Source: Balanoglossus misakiensis
Lineage: Eukaryota; Animalia; Hemichordata
Reading direction: 5' to 3'
Assembly: GCA_040954595.2 (NCBI GenBank)
Contig: CM082598.2
Span: 7,331,097-7,395,096, forward strand
DNA length: 64,000 nucleotides
Part shown: piece by piece, positions 56,430-64,000 of the stretch
Layout: the number at the start of each line of letters is the position of its first letter
Position numbering within the stretch: position 1 is the first letter of the stretch
Notes under the pieces: generated by a model
Seen by the model: only the letters and a program-made list of their open reading frames with translations
Told to the model about the DNA's origin: nothing
The model's database searches: none
Program-made: the position numbers and the translations under genes

Positions 56430-57922
56430 AGTCCTGTTTCAAAATGACCTACATTACACGTCCTATGCACATGTATTGCATGTTCTGATTGGTTTATCCG
56501 CTTCTCTAAGGTCCACTTGTGGCACGCTGATTGGAGGGACCTTGTTGGTTAGGTCTTATTACTATGTATTATTCACCAGACCTTGTAGGTTAGGTCTTAT
56601 TACTATGTATTATTCACTTTACAGCTCCCTGATTGGTTATTGTGTAGGTCTGGTCCTCCAGTGTTCACTGCCTCATTATGCAGGACCTTGTAGGTTAGGT
56701 CTTATTAATATGTATTTATTCACCATACAGCTCCCTGATTGGTTAACGTGTCAGTCTGGTCCCCCCAGTGTTCACTGCCTCATTGTGAAATGTCCCATGT
56801 GCTTCCTGGCTAGCGTTGTGGTAACACATTATTCGGTTTGTCCGCAGATCGTTCATTGATTTTCTGAGAAATAGCCTGACTGATACTATCTCCACCATAA
56901 ACCGCACCCTGGAAAGATTAAATGATCATTTACGTGGACTTTGAAAATCTGATTTACTCATCTAAGCATTTTTGCTAATAGTTGTATATTTTTTTAATCA
57001 CCCTCCTACTTCTCATCATCAATTTTATTATTGTTGTTATTACTATTTTAAAGTAAATTTGTTTTGACGAAGATGTTGTGATAAGGACCACGTTGTCCGT
57101 TTTTTACATTCCTATATTGTTTTCATAAAAATGGAACTATGACGGTGCAGCTTCGTGAAAGAAGTACAATAAAAGTTATCATACCTGCAAAGCAACTAAT
57201 GAGGTATCCCAAAGAAATGCAATGCTATTCTAAACAATTCTATTGTAAGATATTTTTGGTTTGCTCGAATGAATAGCACACACTTCGTATTCAGCCAGGT
57301 GTTACACAAAGTGATGCGCTGAAAGACATTACGTAACACAACACTAGCCCATTTCAACAAACCGCCCCTGGAAATAAAATACTAAATTTCTCCTGGCAAT
57401 TTTTATTTCGAGTATCTAGTTCACAGTATCACATAAAATGCCATGAATAGTGAAGGAAAAGGTGAAATCCAATCATTACATGAGTGCCTTTCTTTATACA
57501 TTAGGATCGAGCTTCGACAACGCGCAGGCAGCATGCCAGACAGAATACGACAACAGTATTCAGAAAGTACAAAAGACTTTGCATAACGAGGCAGTGAAAT
57601 CTGGAGACCTACACATTAACCAATCAGGGAGCTGAAAATTGAATAAATACATATTAATAAGACCTAACCTACAAGGTCCTGCATAATGAGGCAGTGAACA
57701 CTGGAGGACCAGACCTACACATTAACCAATCAGGGAGCTGTAAAGCGAATAATACATAGTAATAAGACCTAACCTACAAGGTCTAGTGAATAATACATAA
57801 TAATAAGACCTAACACATAAGGTCCCTCCAATCAGCGTGCCGCAAGTGGACCTAAGATTACCAGATGGACCAATCACAGATGTCGGTACATATGTCATGG
57901 ACCTGACTTATGAAACAGGACT
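56430..57922 (-). mobile_element. Third copy of the element, inverted, at the paralogous site
   Basis: Reverse complement of 52280-53881 (ORF-track peptides 52567-52752(-)/57450-57635(+) and 53346-53678(-)/56476-56859(+) match). Flanks AGT / ATT. Confidence 0.85.
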
Positions 57923-58741
57923 ATTGAGACATCGCAACACCATGGCCACACCCACTCCTTTGAGTGACATCTTGCTTAACTCAAAAATCATCGCAAAATA
58001 ACATTGTTGCTAACAGTAATTGGCACTCAGCTATACATAGGGATAGTAGGTCCAAGCTTAAACTTTAACGATTCATGTTGATTTGTTTTATCTGTGCAGT
58101 ATCGAGCGGCGACACCGACAAAACAGTCAGGGTGTTATGCCCAAAGTGGAACTAATCGCTTCCACGTACAAGAAGGAGATACGTGCGATTATGGACGTTG
58201 TTCATGGCGGGACTAATACATGTACATAGACTGGAGCTTTATGGTAAAATGAGGCCAACACCATAGAAAATGAAAATATAGATGTATTATGTGATATGAT
58301 TCCATAAATTGTTTGCATTAAATGTTATGGTTTAATTGTTGCAGAAAATGACAACTTTTGAGGTTCAGTGCTGTGTGTATTTGACTGCACGCAAAGAAAC
58401 TTTGTGAGCACGCAAAGAGAATATATCCATTGTGAGCAGCGCATCTAGCAATGAACAATATACCAATAATTGTGCTGATCAATTTGTATGATTGCATTTT
58501 CTATTCAATATTTTTGTTTCTGTCCTCTTTGATAACTGTGTCCTTCAAACCTGCCATTTAGTCTGCTGTGTAAAGTTAAAAATTGGTAAAGCATGTTCTT
58601 AAGGAACATGCCTACAAATTTCAAAGCAATCTTACAAGCGGTTTTACAGGAATAACAATGATCGAAAAGGCAAAAATTGCTCAAAAATTATAAATATGGA
58701 AATTTTGCAGCAATTTAAACAAAACTTTGGTACTCAGATCA

Positions 58742-59660
58742 CTATGGCGCTCAAAAGGGGCCAAAATTCAAATCGCAATTTCACTCGACTCAAATTGCAG
58801 TTTCACTCGACTCAAATGGCAATTTGACTCAAATCACAATTGCACTCAACTCAAACCAGGTCACCTAGCATACTACCATGAAATATGTGTTGAAAATGAG
58901 AGCAGTTGAAAATGAATGTGCGTATTCATGAAATGACTTGTCAGAATTCCAGTGGTCACTGATCAGGTTCTTAGGGGGTTGCGTACTAAATGGTTCTAAT
59001 CTACGAATATGACTACAGGTACAGAGTTTGTGCGTAACTACGTGTCGGAAAGTTTGTCCATGATATTTCCAGATTTGAACGTTCAAAAATTTTAGAGAAG
59101 ATTTGGCGTCTAGGTGTATGAGTCTTGCCGAACGTTTATCACAGTTATGTTGGAATGTGCGATGAGCGTGTTGTTCAGGTTGTGGTGGAGGCTCAACATG
59201 CACTCGAGCAACCTGAGCACATGTCGATGAATCATACCAAGCGCCTTTTTTGAACCATGGAACAAAAGGCAGGCCTTCCTTAGACGTACCGGAAGAGCAG
59301 TTACGGTTCTTAGTCTCCTCGCCCAAGGTAGCCACCATGTAAAACGTAGACAAACGAACAATTCGACGCCGATTGCGACCCTCTAAGACAACCAAAAAGG
59401 ACATGGTTAAAATGTTGATGACGCGTTGTGACGTAGGCATGTTGCGTTCTGACATGGACACGCTTATCAGATCGAAGCGCGTGACAACTGAGAAGTAACT
59501 TAGGGATACCCACACCGTACACATGCATCGAGTGAAATTGCGATTTGAGTCGAGTGAAATGCCATTGACTCTCATGAAATGCTGATTTGAGACGAGTGAA
59601 AATGCGATTTCAGTTGAGTGAAATGGCGATTTCAATTTTGGCCCTATTTGAGCGCTGTAG
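58742..59660. mobile_element. TIR element with sub-terminal ~20-bp repeats (truncated paralog ~44647-45165)
   Basis: ctatggcgctcaaaaggggccaaaatt...aattttggccctatttgagcgctgtag, with gatcac on both flanks. Confidence 0.7.
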
Positions 59661-60403
59661 ATCACCCATATAAAGCTCCATACTAAATTTCAAAGGCGTC
59701 GGTTGATCACTTTCAAAAAAGTCGATTTTTTTACTAAAAATGTGGAAAAAGACAAAAAAATGCATAAACAATAGAAAATTCACACTATTAGCTCAAAACA
59801 TTCAGAACCGTGTGAGGTTCATATAAGGTACATGCATACCAAATTTATTTGACCAGGGATTGTTGAGTTTCTGAGTTTTGACCAAATTTAGGTTTTTCCC
59901 AGCTAAATTGCATATTTTGGCAATGACAACTTCGTTTGAACAAACTCCCATCTACAGCCCAGCATTCATCTACACACCAAATATCGAGGTTACACGTGCA
60001 GCGGTTTTCAAGTTTTCGATGTGGACGGACGGACGGACATACGGACATACTGACGGACGGATATACGTACGTACGTACATACAGACAGACAGACAGACCC
60101 ACTGGTATAAATGTATACAAATGGAACCTAAAAAAACTCTGATCGTACCACCGCCTCTTGGTATCATCCAAACCTCTGAGGTTCAGTGCTGTGTGTATTT
60201 GACTGCTCGCAGAGAAATCGCGGGGATGAACTATAAAGTAATAAACTTTAAGTCGTATATAATTACCAATATCCAATTTAGGTTACACTGTTATAGATTC
60301 TAAATTTTCATGTTGGGATTGGAAATTTAATTCGCCCATGCAGTCAAATTTAGATAACGATTAACAATTTTCTCGAGCTGTTTGTGATGTAGCTCTTATC
60401 AGA

Positions 60404-60638
60404 AAGTACAGGTATGGTCCCCTTTGGCCATAATGCCCTGACCATATCATCAGGACAGGTACGGTCCCCTTTGGCCATAATGCCCTGACCATATCATCAG
60501 GACAGGTACGGTCCCCTTTGGCCATAATGCCCTGACCATATCATCAGGACAGGTACGGTCCCCTTTGGCCATAATGCCCTGACCATATCATCAGGACAGG
60601 TACGGTCCCCTTAGGCCATAATGCCCTGACCATATCAT
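60404..60638. repeat. 47-bp tandem repeat, 5 copies
   Basis: caggacaggtacggtcccctttggccataatgccctgaccatatcat. Single copy in most paralogous units. Confidence 0.92.
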
Positions 60639-62744
60639 CGATCGCCTCATGGTATCACACAGATAAACACACAAAATTTTAAGAGGTTTCCGAGGGTACT
60701 CCATTCAAAATTAGTTTTTTCATGATCTTTAGAGATGGCAAAACCTTGACAATGGCAAAGATGCTATAAGCTCGTTTCCAAACATTCTTTGAAAAATCGT
60801 GTTAAGGTGGTATTGCATGAAAAGTTGTGATTTCTGCCAAATTTAACTTTTTTACATAAATCGGTAGGTCTAATACTGATCCACATTCTGACAAATGCGT
60901 CTTGGCGGAAATGGTGCATAATCACCCCAAAATATCACTGAATGAGTTCACAGCTTAAGAAATAGGTGTCAACAATGCAAACTGCCGTTTTTCTCAGTTT
61001 GCATTTTCGCTGCTCTTGACAACATCAGAAGAATTTAGCTTCGCTGTGTGTTGGCCGAATTTGCTCAAATTTTAACAAGGGATTGTGCATGACCCATCTA
61101 ACAATACGAAACAATTTTAGTCGATAAAGTGTCCCTGGCGGGAATAAACTCTGATTCAATACAACTCACCGTGAATTTGATCAAATTTTCTAAAATTCTA
61201 ACTTTCAAACGCTGTTACTCCTCAATGGAAGTAGATAACGCAACAAAACATGTTGTTTTTTGCACGTGTACTCTAGTTTCGAATGACATATTAAGATGCA
61301 TGATGCATGGTCAACTTTTTTACCTAATTTCAATTGAATGACATAATATCAAAAAATGTTTTTTAACCCAAAAACACCACCATTTCCAGGGGTCAATAAA
61401 ATGTGCAATCCAAACAGTATCTTCACCCGCGCCCACCAATGTCTTTTGCTCTCTGAGACTGTTACGTACAATGTAGTCGAGCTGACAACCTGTGCGAGCA
61501 GACGATGTGATTGAAGTGTTGTGTATCAAATGCCTTTACAAGAGGGCTTTCTGTTTCTCATGTTGTGTTCACAAAAGTCTGTAATAAAATATAGACTCAC
61601 CATAAGGAAGCTGTGGGTGGCAGGACTTGCATGCACAACTTGGAGTGATGAAGAGACAGGCCGAGGACGGAACAGTCTTCACATACATCAAGCAGCAACA
61701 CTTCTGTCACTAGTGTCAGACCAGCCCAAAGCTTTTCTATTCTTTCAAAGTCCAATATAGTCATGTGATGATGAGCACCAACCAGTCAGAATCAAGACTT
61801 GTACTGCCATCAGTGAGGGCGCACATAAGGCATGGACCATTTGATATCCTGGAGAGGGGGGCTGGAAGGTTTATGCAATGGTTTATGCAATGCTTAAAGT
61901 TGGTATAAATATGATTAAAGCTGTTCTTGTAATCATCTTTATGCAGCATAAAGATACTCTTTTATACATCTTCATGCAACTCTATAAATTGATATAATGG
62001 CTTACCACAGATAATCACATTTATGCACTCTAATACAGGTGAATAAAAGGACGAATTTCTGTACACCTAGCGTCATGTTTATATGCATTTGTCAGAATGA
62101 TCAGAATATTTGCTTTAGCTTCTGATTCTCATTTCTGCTTTTGGAATATTCACTTTATCCAGAGAGAGTTTACAAATGTTGGGGGAATAATTTTTATTAA
62201 CAATGAAAGACTTATACCACCTTTGTCCAGTACACTTATTGTTTCATGCATAATTAAAGGGTAGAATATATCCTGTGTCAGTGATAGTTCTTTTCTCAGA
62301 CTGTTGCCCTCTCTTTTGGAACTAATCATGGAACTCTGATCACACCATTAAATATTGTATTTACTGTGCCAGCTTTGTCATCAGCCAATCTTTTCATTCC
62401 TGCACATGTAGCAGTACAGTCTACCACTGTCTAATAGATCACACATACACAAGCTATATATACATGCAGTGGGACATTGTCACGAATTATTTGATTTGTT
62501 TTATTACTAAGTACTACTATTTACAATATAATGAGAAATTTAAGAAACTAGAAAGTAAAAGAACTCATAAAATAACCTTTACAAACTAAAATACAAACTT
62601 GAATACAAATCACAAACACAATTAAAAACAATCCTAAAGTAAATAAAAATGTCATTGAAAATGAAAAGTCAAATAGAAATATTTAGTTATAAATAGAAAA
62701 TAAATAATTATAACAATGAAGTGCAATATCAATCAGTGGGGACT

Positions 62745-63373
62745 AATAGAATCTCACACTCCCAAGGACCTGGGATCATATTTCTCACACAAGTTGGGGA
62801 TTTTTTGTCCCACACGAGCCGCAGGCCCCGACGAGTGTGACAAATATGATCCCAGGTCCTTGGTGTGTGAGATTCTCTTTCTCACAAAACCACAAATTTG
62901 CGATATTCACGTTTATTTACAATCAAAGGACTAAATCAATAAAATACCCACTGATAACTGCTCAACGGGTCATATATTGATCCGCCCCACAAAACATAGT
63001 CCCCGTTTCATCACGAGTTTACAGTACACACATGCCTCAAAAATGTGCTCAACACATTAAAATACGGAGATTGTTTCCAGTGGCATAAATTCGCGGGATA
63101 TCTGGAAAATACAATCGTTTTTGCGATTCTGTAATCAACCATGTACACCACTGTCTTCTGCACATGACCTGGTCACTTTGTAGTTCCGGTTCGTGTACAA
63201 CACATCACACAAACGGATAATATTTGCTCATTCTGAGGGGTACAAATATCATTATCCAATCAGAGATCATGTCAAATAACAGTTGTCTGTGTGCGCATTA
63301 ACACAGAGTGTGGGATCGATTTGATCCCACACTCTCTATCCCACACTCCCAGCAGCCAGGAGTGTGAGAATAG
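62745..63373 (+). mobile_element. Hairpin-headed non-autonomous element, longer relative of the 313-682 intronic insert
   Basis: Hairpin gaatctcacactcccaaggacctgggatcatattt...aaatatgatcccaggtccttggtgtgtgagattc around cgagccgcagg. The 3' end is gtgtgggatcgatttgatcccacac...ggagtgtgagaa. Confidence 0.65.
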
Positions 63374-63424
63374 TACATCCCTCCTCCAGAGAACCTGTTG
63401 TTCCAGAGAAAGACCCAGAATTAT

Positions 63425-63755
63425 CCCAGACGCAACCCTGACTGCCCAATCATCTGGGTAGTGAGGCCGCTCCCAGGAAGAGGGGTTCCATCTGACCTGG
63501 GAAGGCAAAGCTGGCGCTGCTTTGCCGATAGTGATTTTAAATAAATATCCATTAACTTGGGGGTTTTTGCTTTTACGCAACATTTTCATTTCCCAGGTCA
63601 GGGGACATCGTATGTACTGCTTGATTTTCCCCTCATCATCAAAATCGCTCTCTTCCGAGGATATATATTCAGCCGTCAGGACTAGTTTTATTTTCTCCTT
63701 GTCCTCTTCAGACCAGTCAACAGCCTTCGAGGAGGACTGAAGCTTGTTTGAGTTT
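63425..63755 (-). pseudogene. Frameshifted exon of a C14orf93/DUF4616-like protein (probably transposon-borne)
   Basis: Motifs WSEEDKEK..VLTAEYISSEESD...PLTWE..L.K, then in a shifted frame KLMDIYLKSLSAKQR, then S..RP...DWAVR. There is a ttttag acceptor at 63756-57. The family was assigned from recalled motifs, not a search. Confidence 0.55.
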
Positions 63756-64000
63756 CTAAAAGTGAACAACACAGGATTTGTCAATTATAAATAAATGTAG
63801 AGCTATTAAGCAAAGGATATTTAACAAGATCCTAATACCATCATTGGGTTTGTAATTGGTTATTAAAAATCTGATTCTCCCCATTCATACAGAATGAAGG
63901 AAATTCTTTATGACATGATATCAAGAATTTATTTTTAAAATGTCATTCAAAATAAGCTCTGAATACTGGCAAGAAAGACATGAATATTATTCTTTTTTAC

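Larger units (their letters stand above)
36050..61440. repeat. Degenerate tandem segmental duplication, ~5 rearranged units of 4-6 kb plus TE insertions
   Basis: Block ggacaggtacggtcccctttg occurs at ~36135, 41380, 46553, 55728 and 60453. Block acaccatggccacac occurs at ~37273, 38999, 42162, 54093 and 57937. Confidence 0.85.

Noticed and set aside
58865-59665. 266-aa ORF as a transposase or host gene
   Set aside because: It has no recognisable motif, runs through the element's TIR and sub-terminal repeats, and is disrupted in the paralog at ~44650-45165.
61600-61830. Possible exon fragment with a C-type-lectin-like YIGL...WSD pattern
   Set aside because: It is too short, interrupted by stops and lacks the supporting cysteine pattern.

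Overview
AT-rich, repeat-dense eukaryotic DNA, probably from an invertebrate (taxon not determinable here). There are no prokaryotic features. The left 35 kb holds the 5' part of one minus-strand, multi-exon ankyrin-repeat gene. It has a short ATG exon (MASQEYKNPW, 34965-34994), two unique ankyrin exons (33075-33173, 30146-30244) and at least 10 closely related one-repeat-per-exon cassettes. The cassettes are 96-102 bp, all phase 0 and GT-AG, and run off the left edge of the window. They are nearly invariant in framework codons, synonymous sites and flanking intron. They are hypervariable at the few codons on the ankyrin binding surface, largely the positions randomised in DARPin libraries, and the helix1-helix2 turn carries in-frame length variation. 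The array grew by nested tandem duplications of 617 bp, ~3.6 kb and ~4.3 kb. It also contains destroyed ('empty') cassettes, a dead Gypsy LTR element duplicated together with its cassette, 157-bp VNTRs and many MITEs. This looks like an undescribed diversified ankyrin-cassette receptor locus, possibly immune; that function is inference. The right part (36-61.4 kb) is a degenerate tandem segmental duplication of about five units with a fossil ORF and many non-autonomous DNA transposons, including one foldback element nested in itself and inverted at the same site in the next unit. A frameshifted C14orf93/DUF4616-like fragment lies at the right end.
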